Virus record (IMG/VR): IMGVR_UViG_3300035190_000444
Coordinates: 1-64,000 of that record
DNA: 64,000 nt
Strand: one strand, 5' to 3'
From: a virus
Lineage: Duplodnaviria; Caudoviricetes
Made by a program: the position numbers and the translations under genes. The notes under the pieces were generated by a model. The model saw only the letters and a program-made list of their open reading frames with translations. It was not told the origin of the DNA and ran no database searches. Below are positions 7,548 to 17,754 of the stretch, piece after piece (the first letter of the stretch is position 1; the number at the start of each line of letters is the position of its first letter).

Positions 7548-9859
7548 AGCTTACAGGCCTCGCAGGATTCTTCATCGTCTTCAATAATTGCACTAGGTAA
7601 ATCAACTTCGGCTTCTTCTTTACTACCTTGTTTATTCACTAGGCTGTAATAAAAGGTTTTGATCCCCCATTTAAGTCCTAACATTAAGTTCTTAGCAATT
7701 AGTGTAGTTGGTACTTTTCTACCTTCAAAGTGTGCAGGGTTGTAAAAAGTATCAGTACTAATAGATTGATCAATGTATGCAGCTAATACTGCAGCAGTTT
7801 TTAAATAACCTACGCAATCAGTTTGATCCCACATAAGCTGATATTTGTTTTTCAACTTATGATATTCCGGAACTACTTGTGTAAGTGAACCTGATTTAGA
7901 TTCTTTAGTTTGTATTAAATGCATTGGCATTGCAATGCCGTTAGTTGAGTTAATCACTACACTAGAACTTTCAACTGGAGCAATAGCACCTACTGTAGCA
8001 TTACGTACACCGTACTCTTTCATATCAGCACGCAATGGTTCCCAATCAAGTTCTGGAGTAAAGTCAGTTAATTCATTAACTCCGTCTGCACGTAATTCCC
8101 ACGGAAAAATACCCTGTCCGTACCGTGTTTTAGCACTGTCTCTACATGCACCACGTTCTTTAGCTAATTCAACTGACATTTCTGTTAGGAAGAATGTTTG
8201 ATGTTCTATCCAACTTTTAACTTCAGTTAATGCATCTGCATCGCCGTATTTAAAGTTGCGTTTTGCATGCCAGTATGCTAAGTTAGTAACACCGATACCT
8301 AATGGACGTATTTCTTGATTACTTTCACTACTGTGTACAGATAAGAAATCTTGGTAGTCTAGTATGTTGTTTAAACTACGATGTAAGATACGGCAAGCTC
8401 TACGCATATCTTCTGGGTTACGGAAAGCTCCCCAATTGATACTACCTAGTGTACATAATGCAATTCGGCCAGCTGGATCATCTAAACGCTTAAATGCTTT
8501 GGTCGGAAGTAAAATCTCTTGACATAAATTACTTTGATAAATTGTATGCCATAATGGATCAAACGGTCCTTGCTTAATTACGTTATCTATAAAGACTAAG
8601 TAGATGCGCCCGGTGTCAGTTCGTTCTTTTAGGAGTCCTCCTTTGAATACTTCTTCCGCAGACATGGTCTTCTTCCGAACTCCTGTATTTTTTTCATACT
8701 GTAGGTACAGTTTTTCAAAGAGAGCTGTATCAGTGTAAAACGCTTCGTATAAGTCTGGAACTTCATTAGGATCAAAAAATGTTATGTTTTCTTTGTTTTT
8801 AAATCTACGCCAAAAGAATGCACTTAATACTACACTGTAGTCTAAATGGCGTACCCGTGTTTCGTCTGTGCCTTGATTGTTCTTAAGTACAATTAAGTCA
8901 TCAAACTGATAATGCCAAATTGGATATGTCACAGTAGCACTAGCATTTCTAATTCCACCTTGTGAACAGCAACGTAAGTCACCAAACCATTTCTTTAAAA
9001 ATGGAATCATACCTGTGTGCATAATTTCACCACCGCGTATAGGACTTCCTAATGCGCGTACACGTCCAATTTCTAAACCTATGCCAGCGCGTTTGCTAGC
9101 ATATTTTGCCATCATCTCGCCACTAGCAAATATAGAATCCAAATCGTCATCACTGCGTATGAGAACACAGCTGCTAAATTGTTTAGTTGGAGTTCCGAGC
9201 CCAGCAAGAACAGGAGTAGCAAGAGTAAATAAACCATCAGACGCCGCATTGTAATATTCCTTTATAAATTTCATTCTAGCTGCAGTTGGTTCTTCCCTAT
9301 GGAACACAGTTGCAGCTGCAATTATATATCTAATCTGTGGTGTTTCGTAAATGTCTTTAGTAGAACGATTACGTACTAAGTATTTTTCAATTAACTGCTC
9401 AATAGCAGCAAATGAATAAGTTTCGTCTTTTGAATGATCAAGCATGTCATTCATTTTGGTCCATTCGTCTACAGTATACCATTCTAGTAATTCTGGAGTG
9501 TATAGACCAACTTCAATGTTCTTTTGAACAATTGTATATAGATGTGGCGGCTCGTATTGTCCGTATACATCTTTACGTAGCATAGACAACCGTTGTTTGC
9601 CTGCAACGTATTGGTAATTAGTATGACCTACATCTGGGTTAGCATCAACATCAATTAAGTTAACGATTGCCCGTAGTGTAATTTCGTCAATTTCGGATGT
9701 AGTAATATTATCGTAAAATTGTGGCTGACTTTTAATTTCAATCATAGACTGACTTACATCGGCAATTCCGCTACAAATCTTTGCAATTTGTGCCTGCCAT
9801 TTATCAATCGTAAGCTCTACTTGAGTGCCATTTCTTTTTGTTACTGTTATTTTATTCAT
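7544..9859 (-). CDS. nrdA: ribonucleotide reductase class Ia alpha subunit with ATP cone
   Basis: VTKRNG, QFSSC, SQGGIR, QSNLCQE, C-terminal CEAC; continuous ORF, no intein or intron. Confidence 0.95.
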   Translation of the reverse strand: MNKITVTKRNGTQVELTIDKWQAQIAKICSGIADVSQSMIEIKSQPQFYDNITTSEIDEITLRAIVNLIDVDANPDVGHTNYQYVAGKQRLSMLRKDVYGQYEPPHLYTIVQKNIEVGLYTPELLEWYTVDEWTKMNDMLDHSKDETYSFAAIEQLIEKYLVRNRSTKDIYETPQIRYIIAAATVFHREEPTAARMKFIKEYYNAASDGLFTLATPVLAGLGTPTKQFSSCVLIRSDDDLDSIFASGEMMAKYASKRAGIGLEIGRVRALGSPIRGGEIMHTGMIPFLKKWFGDLRCCSQGGIRNASATVTYPIWHYQFDDLIVLKNNQGTDETRVRHLDYSVVLSAFFWRRFKNKENITFFDPNEVPDLYEAFYTDTALFEKLYLQYEKNTGVRKKTMSAEEVFKGGLLKERTDTGRIYLVFIDNVIKQGPFDPLWHTIYQSNLCQEILLPTKAFKRLDDPAGRIALCTLGSINWGAFRNPEDMRRACRILHRSLNNILDYQDFLSVHSSESNQEIRPLGIGVTNLAYWHAKRNFKYGDADALTEVKSWIEHQTFFLTEMSVELAKERGACRDSAKTRYGQGIFPWELRADGVNELTDFTPELDWEPLRADMKEYGVRNATVGAIAPVESSSVVINSTNGIAMPMHLIQTKESKSGSLTQVVPEYHKLKNKYQLMWDQTDCVGYLKTAAVLAAYIDQSISTDTFYNPAHFEGRKVPTTLIAKNLMLGLKWGIKTFYYSLVNKQGSKEEAEVDLPSAIIEDDEESCEACKL

Positions 9860-9970
9860 ATAATTTCACTTCTGGTTAGGTTAGTATTTATTTGGCAGAC
9901 TATTCTCTAAAAATAGAATTAGATTGAAAAGAAATACTATATAAAACAATGAGATATAAGGTGTAAAAAA

Positions 9971-10028
9971 GTAGACTTATCTCTTATCATTTAACGTAAT
10001 TATACGTTCTTTTTCCTGATAAGTCTAC
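9971..10028 (-). promoter_or_regulatory. nrdA promoter overlapped by an 11-bp inverted repeat
   Basis: TAGACT-17-TATAAT (10027-9999); GTAGACTTATC/GATAAGTCTAC inverted repeat. Confidence 0.5.
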
Positions 10029-10036
10029 AGTTATGG

Positions 10037-11557
10037 TTAGAATGATGCAACGTACGAATATGTTAGTTGACGTAATGTTGACGTTGCCGCCATATTACGT
10101 GCTGAAATAGTTATTGATTGATAATTTATACTTGCTAAAAAGTCTAGCAACAATGCATTATCATCGTTTCCTGAGACAGTAAAGTCGTCAGATATACTAA
10201 TTTCAGAATTAACAAGATGTGTAGTATCAGCAGCAAATGATATAACTCCGGATCTAACATAAGAATCGCATTTATAAAAATATGTAATCTTGTATGATAC
10301 AGGTATAGTACCAGTTCCTAAACTTGAAATATTAAATGGCAGTCTGCAAATATCATGCCATGCAACATTATCAACTAGTTCTGTAGTAAACGTGCTACTG
10401 CTATACTCGCCAAACCCTGCAACTTCTGGAACATATCGAGTAGTATTACTAGTAGTTGACCCGCGATTTGATTTTAAATTTGTGCATACATTTCCGAAAT
10501 TTGCAAAATATACTTGCGGGTATCTAGCCTGTACGTCATCTTGATCGTTACCAACATGTGTCATAATGCAATTATTAACATAGTTTTTAGTACCCTTAGT
10601 TATAAGGATTGCATTTGCAGTAACGTTTATAAATTTAATATTAGTAATTTGATTTTCGTTAGCGAATCCAGTAGTAATGTTACCTAATACTAATCCGTAT
10701 CCAATTGAATCAAAGTATCCATTGTTAAATTTTAAATTTGTTACACGTTGTCTTGCATCTACTGCAAAACACACATTGCTGATATTTATATTTTCAAATA
10801 TAAGATTTTCTGAATCTTCTAATATTTTTATACCTTTGCTCTCAACACTTAAATTTGTAGAAGTGCGACTACCAAATAGTTTTAAGTTAGTAAATATACT
10901 ATTAGTAGAATGTAAATTTAATAAAGTAGATGCAAGATTACTAGTTGTAGTTATGGTTAAATCTGATATTACGATATCATGGGTAACCTCATCTGCAGTA
11001 GTAATAAATGCAGTTCCGGGGGTAGTACTGCTAGGGTCAGGCACATAGTTAAAGATTGTTTTATCAATACCTGCACCAATAATGGTTGCATAACTTGGTA
11101 CAATAATTGATCCGGAGATTTTATATATCCCAGGTGGAATTGAAAGAGTTACCCGCGCTTTAACGTTGTCACCACCGCTGCCAGTTGCAGGATTTGTAGT
11201 ATTGTTAAACAACGTATTGATTGCAGTTTGGAATGAAGTAGTATCATCTGTAATACCGTTACCTTTAGTTCCAAAGTCTTTTGATGAAACATTTTCTGCT
11301 AATTTACCTTGTAATGATCCATCAGTTGCATCTGAATCGTATGTATATTGTAATGTTTGAATTAGACTTGTTGATAAATCGTGTTCGGTTAATACTTTAG
11401 TGTTTCCTACAGCCGGAGCACCGTCACTAACTGATCCGTTGCCAATAAACAGTTGTCTTTCATCAATTGCCCAGCCTAACTCGCCCGATGAAAGCTGCGG
11501 TAAACTATCTTTTGATCCTCGACGTACTTGAATTTTTGAAATTTGGAACACTGCCAT
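10037..11557 (-). CDS. virion protein with pectate-lyase-like beta-helix (tailspike-like)
   Basis: KIQVRRG..LPQLSSGELGW N-terminus; KDFGTKGNGITDDT..FQTAI; IPPGIYKI. Confidence 0.75.
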   Translation of the reverse strand: MAVFQISKIQVRRGSKDSLPQLSSGELGWAIDERQLFIGNGSVSDGAPAVGNTKVLTEHDLSTSLIQTLQYTYDSDATDGSLQGKLAENVSSKDFGTKGNGITDDTTSFQTAINTLFNNTTNPATGSGGDNVKARVTLSIPPGIYKISGSIIVPSYATIIGAGIDKTIFNYVPDPSSTTPGTAFITTADEVTHDIVISDLTITTTSNLASTLLNLHSTNSIFTNLKLFGSRTSTNLSVESKGIKILEDSENLIFENINISNVCFAVDARQRVTNLKFNNGYFDSIGYGLVLGNITTGFANENQITNIKFINVTANAILITKGTKNYVNNCIMTHVGNDQDDVQARYPQVYFANFGNVCTNLKSNRGSTTSNTTRYVPEVAGFGEYSSSTFTTELVDNVAWHDICRLPFNISSLGTGTIPVSYKITYFYKCDSYVRSGVISFAADTTHLVNSEISISDDFTVSGNDDNALLLDFLASINYQSITISARNMAATSTLRQLTYSYVASF

Positions 11558-11598
11558 TAATATATCCTCTTATGTTATATTTATGACTTTTCACCCAT

Positions 11599-11623
11599 AA
11601 AAAAGCCCTAGTTTACTAGGGCT
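11599..11623 (-). terminator. intrinsic terminator
   Basis: AGCCCTAG/CTAGGGCT stem followed by a U-run on the minus strand. Confidence 0.75.
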
Positions 11624-11628
11624 GTTTG

Positions 11629-12042
11629 TTATACTAATGCAAATGTAACTGTAACTGCATCAACAACTGTAGTTCCACTAATGTCAACTGCATTTGGGCC
11701 AACTGACGTTGTACCATCAGCTTTTAATCCAATTCTACGAATACGTGTTTGTAGTTCAGCAGCACTGTTAATTGCTTTATCCATAACTACATAAATGTAA
11801 CCAGCTGATGCAGCAGGTGTAAACCATGCTAATGGACTAATTTCTTTAACAATGTATTCAACTGTACCATTAACTAATGCAACGTCTGCACCGCCATTGT
11901 CGCTATCTGTACTATCTTCTAATTGTAAGTTAATGTTAGCATTACTTGTATTCTTAACTTGAATAATGTATAAATTTGCATTTTGATTGTATAAGGTTCC
12001 AACTGTAGTTGATGAACCATTTACTCTTGTAACTGTTGCCAT
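11629..12042 (-). CDS. probable virion structural protein
   Basis: Late motif, RBS and own terminator; A/T/V-rich MATVTRVNG. Confidence 0.6.
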   Translation of the reverse strand: MATVTRVNGSSTTVGTLYNQNANLYIIQVKNTSNANINLQLEDSTDSDNGGADVALVNGTVEYIVKEISPLAWFTPAASAGYIYVVMDKAINSAAELQTRIRRIGLKADGTTSVGPNAVDISGTTVVDAVTVTFALV

Positions 12043-12063
12043 AATAATCTCCGTTTGTTGTAT

Positions 12064-12783
12064 TTATCCGTTCATACTGTAATATGCATCCACCCGATCC
12101 CACCATTTATTAACATATTTGTTAAATTCACTACCTTCTAATATGAACTCTTGATATTGTGGTTCACCCCATACCCATGGTGAAAGTTCAGGTGGTTTAA
12201 CACACATAAGCACAACGCCTTTTTGTATAGAAGTGTTGTGTATATGATTATGTGCAATGGCGTATGCAGCTAGTTGGAGATAATAGTCTTCTATGTATTC
12301 GCGTTTTTTAGGTTTGTTAGATTGTTTATAATCAATAATAGCAGGTTCGCCTAAATGTAAACCTACAGCGTCTGTAGTGCCAGCATATAACCCGGGATAA
12401 TACAATGCAACTTCATTACCCCATACTTCGTTGACATGTTTTAATCCATGATCTATAATGTGTTGAGCCATCTTATGACTTTGCTGACTGTATGGATTAG
12501 ATCCTGCTTCGTTTATATAACCTTGTTCAACAAAATCTTCCAAAAATTTATGCATACGAGTGCCACGACTAGCAGCTTCAGTTGTAATTTGTTGTGCTTT
12601 TTCATAGCCAACAGCTTTACGCCATGCTTGTAGTGCAGCTTTATCTTCTTCGGGTTTAGTTGCTGAAAGGATTGTTGTTACTGAGGGAACTTTTGAACCA
12701 TCGGGGCAAGAATATAATCTCTTGCCCTCAACGGATTGTCTGTTTATTGGTGTATATTGGTATTTTTCTATTAGTAGTTTCAT
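12064..12783 (-). CDS. PD-(D/E)XK exonuclease
   Basis: PSVTTIL, RGTRMH, YAGTTD, IIDYK, QLAAYA. Confidence 0.85.
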   Translation of the reverse strand: MKLLIEKYQYTPINRQSVEGKRLYSCPDGSKVPSVTTILSATKPEEDKAALQAWRKAVGYEKAQQITTEAASRGTRMHKFLEDFVEQGYINEAGSNPYSQQSHKMAQHIIDHGLKHVNEVWGNEVALYYPGLYAGTTDAVGLHLGEPAIIDYKQSNKPKKREYIEDYYLQLAAYAIAHNHIHNTSIQKGVVLMCVKPPELSPWVWGEPQYQEFILEGSEFNKYVNKWWDRVDAYYSMNG

Positions 12784-12789
12784 AACATA

Positions 12790-12818
12790 ATTATAATACA
12801 TTATGTTATAAATGTCAA
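12790..12818 (-). promoter_or_regulatory. consensus sigma70 promoter (probably leaderless transcript)
   Basis: TTGACA-17-TATAAT; ATG begins 7 nt after the -10 box. Confidence 0.75.
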
Positions 12819-13154
12819 CTAATCTTTATGTTTTCTAGTACCAATTCTAGCTTTTTTAGACCATTTACTCTCAGTGTCAGTTTGCTGAGGGATCGGTTCT
12901 TGAATTGCAGTATCTGTTTTAATTGTTATGCCAAAGTCGTCATAACTAGCAACTAATTCTGGTAAAGTTGGAACTGCAAGCTGTGAATCTTCTTCCCATC
13001 TTGCTTCAAAGCTTTCTTTATCAATATGCCCACCACCTTGTGTATTGCATTCTTTACTAAGGACATCCCAACTTTGTTTAGATGCACACTCTTGATTATT
13101 TGCTGCAGATTGTAATAAATGCAGTGTACTAATCAACGGATCAATGGTTTCCAT
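12819..13154 (-). CDS. hypothetical protein
   Basis: ORF coupled to the upstream gene. Confidence 0.6.
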   Translation of the reverse strand: METIDPLISTLHLLQSAANNQECASKQSWDVLSKECNTQGGGHIDKESFEARWEEDSQLAVPTLPELVASYDDFGITIKTDTAIQEPIPQQTDTESKWSKKARIGTRKHKD

Positions 13155-14146
13155 TATTTTTTTTTTGAGCTTAACATCATTCCTAATTTACGGCTATATT
13201 CGATACTTTCGCGTTTCATACGTCCTGCATCAGATGGAGGAATTCCGCCTGCTTCTGGGCCTGCTTCTGGGCCTGCTGTAGGAGCACCTGCACCTGGCAT
13301 TCCTTCTGGACCACCAAGATCTAAGTTTTCGCTACCTGTAGGAGCTACGCCTACTTGCGCAGTTTCGCCTTCAACTGGAGCACCTAACATTTCAGGTTCG
13401 TCACCTGCTACAATAGCTAGTCCTTGGTTTAAGCCTTGACGTGATTGTTCTAATGCCGAGTAAATACCATCCATTGCAGGTCTAACTACTGCATCGTATT
13501 GTTGTGCAACTTCTGGACCTGCAACACGTTTAATGTCGTCTACTAGCTCTAAAAATTGTTCTGAACGCATAGCAGCAACATCTTCTAACCAACCAGTGAT
13601 ACGTTGAACAATGTCACGTGTTTGAATAATTACATCTGCACGTTTTTCTTCGTCTTCTAACAAAATCCAACTAGCTTGTGATTCGTTTAAATCATAACGT
13701 GTTTTTAATTCTGCAGACAATTCACGACGATCTGATTCGCCTAATGAAATTCTACGGATTGCACTGTTAATCCAGCTTTCTGGAACTGACAGTTTTTCAG
13801 CACGTTGACGTAATCTAGACTGTGCATAGCCTTCGTCGGTTTTTTGTTTTTTCTTTTTAGGTTGTTCTTCTTCAACATCTACATCGTCGCAGTTTTCACG
13901 TTCAAAAATTTCTTGATTAACTACGTCAAGAAACATGCGAGTTTTTTGATAGTCAGTATTTTCAACTACAGTGCTATAACTTTCGTTCATTTCAAATTGA
14001 CTAATTTTAGTGCGTAATTTGTTACGTGCATCTTCAAGTTGTGCATCTGTAAAGTTTTCTAATTGTATTTTATAACCAAAGTTTTTAACTAAACTTTCGT
14101 TTAGTTTTGAACTAGTCATACGTTGATTTAAATCGTTAATTTGCAT
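13154..14146 (-). CDS. probable prohead core/scaffold-like protein
   Basis: Acidic, helical, repeated L/M-x-E-S sites (LNES, MNES, LGES), P/G/A-rich tail; late motif upstream. Confidence 0.5.
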   Translation of the reverse strand: MQINDLNQRMTSSKLNESLVKNFGYKIQLENFTDAQLEDARNKLRTKISQFEMNESYSTVVENTDYQKTRMFLDVVNQEIFERENCDDVDVEEEQPKKKKQKTDEGYAQSRLRQRAEKLSVPESWINSAIRRISLGESDRRELSAELKTRYDLNESQASWILLEDEEKRADVIIQTRDIVQRITGWLEDVAAMRSEQFLELVDDIKRVAGPEVAQQYDAVVRPAMDGIYSALEQSRQGLNQGLAIVAGDEPEMLGAPVEGETAQVGVAPTGSENLDLGGPEGMPGAGAPTAGPEAGPEAGGIPPSDAGRMKRESIEYSRKLGMMLSSKKK

Positions 14147-14178
14147 ATTGGATTCCTAGGTTATTTCTTATTATGTAT

Positions 14179-14622
14179 TTATATAAATGACTGACGAAAT
14201 AATTTCAAAATCATTTGTTGATATTGATTTGAAAGAGCATTGCTTTCTTCTAATCGTGTTAGCATTATATGATATTTTTCGTCGTCTGTTACTAAACTTA
14301 TATTATTTTTAAATACAATTGCATCATTAGCTACTGATGCATATTTACTATCGAGTAACTTGACTGAATGATATTTTTCGTAATGTCTATGATTGTATTC
14401 CTTAGCAGCGATCAATGCACAGCTTTTAAGATAATACTCATTAATTAAATCTTTTGACTCTATATTATACACGCCCCAGTATGTATTGTCAAGTTGTTTA
14501 ACTAAGAATTTTTTATATAATAGTGAGCCGTCTGGTAACACAGAAATTGGTAATGTAGTCTGTAATTCGTGATCAAAGTATTCAGCAAACTTTTTAATTA
14601 CTTTAGACTGTTGATTTTTCAT
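14179..14622 (-). CDS. hypothetical protein
   Basis: 147 aa ORF in operon. Confidence 0.6.
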   Translation of the reverse strand: MKNQQSKVIKKFAEYFDHELQTTLPISVLPDGSLLYKKFLVKQLDNTYWGVYNIESKDLINEYYLKSCALIAAKEYNHRHYEKYHSVKLLDSKYASVANDAIVFKNNISLVTDDEKYHIMLTRLEESNALSNQYQQMILKLFRQSFI

Positions 14623-14812
14623 TTATAACTACCGTTGGATTATTAAATCCAATTTTTTTTACTAAACTTTTACGAATCATAGTTTCAACTACACATTGAT
14701 CATGGTCAGATAGTTGAGAAAATTTAATCGGATATTTTAATTTTCCTAATAACTGTTTTTCTTCATTAGTAATAAAAATTTTAAAATCAGATATAAGTTC
14801 GTTTATTTTCAT
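14603..14812 (-). CDS. hypothetical protein (MKINELI start)
   Basis: 69 aa ORF in operon. Confidence 0.6.
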   Translation of the reverse strand: MKINELISDFKIFITNEEKQLLGKLKYPIKFSQLSDHDQCVVETMIRKSLVKKIGFNNPTVVINEKSTV

Positions 14813-15465
14813 CTTAAACCTGCAATTGTTAACATTGCAATTAGTTCTTCTGATTCATGTACTTGTGTATGTTTTTCTTTGCGAATACTTTTTCCTGCAT
14901 GTTTTTCAAAATCATGATCAGTTACATCGTCAATAAAATCATCAGTTTTGTCACCACCATTAGGTCCGCCAATTGGATCGTTGTGTTTAGATTTCATTAA
15001 ATCACGATCATTAAACTTTTCTGCTAGTTTAATTTCAGCACCAACTTGTGGGGGTTTAGGTGGTTGCTGTCCATTTGCAGGTTGTTGTGCAGTCTGTTGT
15101 CCGTTTGCAGGTTGTTGTCCATTTGCAGGTTGTTGTCCATTTGCAGGTTGTTGTGTACTTGTATCTTGTGCAAATGGTACAGGTTGTTGTGTAGTAGAGT
15201 CTTGTGCAATTGGTGCAGGCGGCTGAGTAGTTTGTCCAGTAGGAGCAACTCCCTCGGGTGCTTGTGCAGGTTGTGATGTAGGTTGACCAGGCAATGCTGT
15301 TGCAATAGTATATTTACTAGGGTCAGTTTGATCAGGTTGCAATTGATTAAGTGGCATTGTTATTTTAAGGTCTGGGTTATTAGGGTCAACTAACTCTGCA
15401 CCTTTAGTTGGGTCAATGCTTGCAATTTTATAATTCTCTTTTAACGTAATTTCTTTAATCTTCAT
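14809..15465 (-). CDS. Q/P-rich hypothetical protein (MKIKEITLKE start)
   Basis: 218 aa ORF with QQPANG repeats. Confidence 0.65.
   Translation of the reverse strand: MKIKEITLKENYKIASIDPTKGAELVDPNNPDLKITMPLNQLQPDQTDPSKYTIATALPGQPTSQPAQAPEGVAPTGQTTQPPAPIAQDSTTQQPVPFAQDTSTQQPANGQQPANGQQPANGQQTAQQPANGQQPPKPPQVGAEIKLAEKFNDRDLMKSKHNDPIGGPNGGDKTDDFIDDVTDHDFEKHAGKSIRKEKHTQVHESEELIAMLTIAGLR
15062..15154 (-). repeat. 18-bp coding tandem repeat (QQPANG)
   Basis: Repeated TTTGCAGGTTGTTGTCC units. Confidence 0.8.
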
Positions 15466-16162
15466 TCTGTTCTCCTAGGCTAAGTGCCGAGCTTTGTAAT
15501 TTGTTTATATGGTTGCGTAATTTATCAATCTTACCATGTGCGCGTAGTAATTTAAATGCTAGATTCTCTACACTAAACTCGCCCACATCATCTAACCCTG
15601 ATTTTCGTAATCGTTTAATGTTATCCATTGTATCTTTAGCTAACTTTAATTTAGATGATTTTAATGCTTGATTAATTTGCCCTACGTAATTACGAGCTTT
15701 ATCGTTTACTTCTTGTTCGCTTACTCTAGGTGTTTGATGTTTTGGTTCTTTAATCCATTTGTCATTTACGATACTATAAATGCCTGCAGATTCATGATGT
15801 TGGTTAGTATCTTGTACATACAGCTCAACATCAATGTTTTTAATTTTTATATTGTATGTAAAGTTGTATTGATTCTTTTTAGCATCATATAATTCAACTA
15901 GTTCTGGTTTATCGCTAGGGATATCTACTACAAGGTGCAAGTCTATATCTGAAAACTCAGAATATCCATAACTTGCATTACTTCCGCTAATAGTAATATC
16001 TTTTAAATGTATTGACTGTACATTTAAAAATTCTGTAAAATTCCTAGCGATAAGCAGTAACTGGTAACGTATCTCAGTTTTTAATTGATCATTTGCCCAA
16101 AGTAATGGATTCAGTGTTTCTTGAAATGGTATTGATTGGACAGATAATTCGTTAAATCGCAT
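15455..16162 (-). CDS. pol-beta-superfamily nucleotidyltransferase
   Basis: ISGSNASYGYSEFSDIDLHL (GS...DxD) plus downstream DVELY. Confidence 0.75.
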   Translation of the reverse strand: MRFNELSVQSIPFQETLNPLLWANDQLKTEIRYQLLLIARNFTEFLNVQSIHLKDITISGSNASYGYSEFSDIDLHLVVDIPSDKPELVELYDAKKNQYNFTYNIKIKNIDVELYVQDTNQHHESAGIYSIVNDKWIKEPKHQTPRVSEQEVNDKARNYVGQINQALKSSKLKLAKDTMDNIKRLRKSGLDDVGEFSVENLAFKLLRAHGKIDKLRNHINKLQSSALSLGEQNED

Positions 16163-16163
16163 A

Positions 16164-16400
16164 TTAAAATTTTATTAAGATAGTTACTACGGTTGATAAC
16201 AAACCAGCTATAATCGTTGCAGTTGCACCGATTACAACCTTACTCATGCTAGCTTGACTTTCTTGAATCTTTTCAGCAAGTGATTCTACTTTTGATTCAA
16301 TTGTTGTTAAACGGGTTTCTAAATTTTGATAACGTAGTGCGCATAGTTCTACATGGCTTTCTAAGTTATTTTTTTCTATATCTGTAGGTTTTAATGACAT
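16164..16400 (-). CDS. coiled-coil protein with C-terminal transmembrane helix
   Basis: Heptad segment followed by VVIGATATIIAGLLSTVVTILI. Confidence 0.6.
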   Translation of the reverse strand: MSLKPTDIEKNNLESHVELCALRYQNLETRLTTIESKVESLAEKIQESQASMSKVVIGATATIIAGLLSTVVTILIKF

Positions 16401-16450
16401 CTCATCGCTCCAATGGTCGTTCGTTGAGTTACTACTTGTAACAGTTATAT

Positions 16451-16855
16451 TTATTGCTTTTTATAGAAAACGATATTCTTATTCTTACCTTCAGTTATAA
16501 AAACTGCGTAATTTTGTTCAAGTAACTCGTCTAATCCTTGTATGTACGGTACTAATACAAAATCATCTTTAAGATATCTAACTGGGTCTCCGTTGTCTTC
16601 AAAAACAAATTCACGTTCGGTAAAAAAGTCAAATCTCCAAAGGCGCACAACTTGGTCAGTGTCAAACCCAACTAGACTACCTTTAACTTCGGTAACAATA
16701 GGGTTGTTAGTATAGTAGACATTTGACCTAATTCCAATAGTTTGTAGAATGGTATTAAAATTCTGTTCTTTCCATCGTGCAGATTCCTTTCCAGGTTCTA
16801 CTCGGTATTGTCCAGTGTGTGTTATATCAACATAAGTATAAAGTTTATAGTGCAT
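16451..16855 (-). CDS. hypothetical protein
   Basis: Start MHYKLY directly after TAAATA. Confidence 0.6.
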   Translation of the reverse strand: MHYKLYTYVDITHTGQYRVEPGKESARWKEQNFNTILQTIGIRSNVYYTNNPIVTEVKGSLVGFDTDQVVRLWRFDFFTEREFVFEDNGDPVRYLKDDFVLVPYIQGLDELLEQNYAVFITEGKNKNIVFYKKQ

Positions 16856-16873
16856 AGTGTATTTAACAGTCAT

Positions 16874-16904
16874 AAAAAAAGGGCTCACAAAATGTGAACC
16901 CTTT
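16874..16904 (-). terminator. intrinsic terminator
   Basis: AAAGGG-TCACA/TGTGA-CCCTTT stem with U-run. Confidence 0.7.
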
Positions 16905-16925
16905 AGTTAGTTAGTTAAACTTAGA

Positions 16926-17420
16926 TTATGCCCAAGCTAATGAAGCACCAGTAAATGCTGCTGATGTAACTACAACAGTTGCACTTGCATTCAAGTTAGC
17001 TGCGATTGCAGCTTCTGTGTCGCCCCATCCGCCAGCTACGTTAGAGTTAGTATCGCTGTCGTTAGCTGTATCATCAGAAACAACTGCAATAAAATCAGTA
17101 GCTGATGGTGTAAATACACCCCATACTTCAACAGTAGTTTGTAATGCACGGATTGCATTTGAATACAAGCTCAAAGAAGCCATATAGTTAGTAGCTGCAG
17201 TTGTAGTTGCATCAGTAGTGTCGATTGCAGTTAAACCGTCTTTTTTAGTTAAATCGTTGTTACCACCAGTAACGTTTACTTTGATGAAACGTAAGTTACG
17301 TGTACCAAAGTTTGTATAGTTAGTACCTTGAGCACCATATGTGTGTTGTGGAACAACACGACCATAGTTAGCTGCAACGTTAATACCTTGTGGATTTGTA
17401 TATGTAAATAATGATGGCAT
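16926..17420 (-). CDS. probable virion structural protein
   Basis: A/T-rich protein; late motif, RBS and terminator. Confidence 0.6.
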   Translation of the reverse strand: MPSLFTYTNPQGINVAANYGRVVPQHTYGAQGTNYTNFGTRNLRFIKVNVTGGNNDLTKKDGLTAIDTTDATTTAATNYMASLSLYSNAIRALQTTVEVWGVFTPSATDFIAVVSDDTANDSDTNSNVAGGWGDTEAAIAANLNASATVVVTSAAFTGASLAWA

Positions 17421-17500
17421 GATATTTCTCCTCTATTACCATAAACTTACTACTCTGTAAGTGTTATAATTATTTAGCTTCAAAACTAAAAATTATAGGT

Positions 17501-17752
17501 TTATCGTTTATTTTCTGATATTCGTTTAATGCTACGTTTGAATTTATTGCAGTCATTCGATTTAATACTATTAATAAATCTACGCTCTAATTCGGCTGCA
17601 GTTTCTATATCGTATTGTTCTCTAATTAATTCTAATAAATTAATTGCACTTTCAATTATGTTAGATCCGCGACTTTCAATTACTAATGCTGGATCTCTGT
17701 TAAGGTTAATATCACTTAGTTCTTGTAAAATAGAACGAGTACTTTTTCTCAT
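17501..17752 (-). CDS. hypothetical protein
   Basis: 83 aa ORF in operon. Confidence 0.65.
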   Translation of the reverse strand: MRKSTRSILQELSDINLNRDPALVIESRGSNIIESAINLLELIREQYDIETAAELERRFINSIKSNDCNKFKRSIKRISENKR

Positions 17753-17754
17753 AG

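Noticed and set aside
5056-9859. Group I intron or intein in nrdA/nrdB
   Set aside because: Both ORFs are continuous and of normal length; the HNH gene is free-standing between them.
9930-9950. NrdR box upstream of nrdA
   Set aside because: Only a partial match (ATACTATATA) in very AT-rich sequence, with no second box.
12064-12783. Cas4 as evidence of a CRISPR system
   Set aside because: It lacks the Cas4 four-Cys cluster and has no array or cas neighbours; a generic phage PD-(D/E)XK exonuclease fits better.
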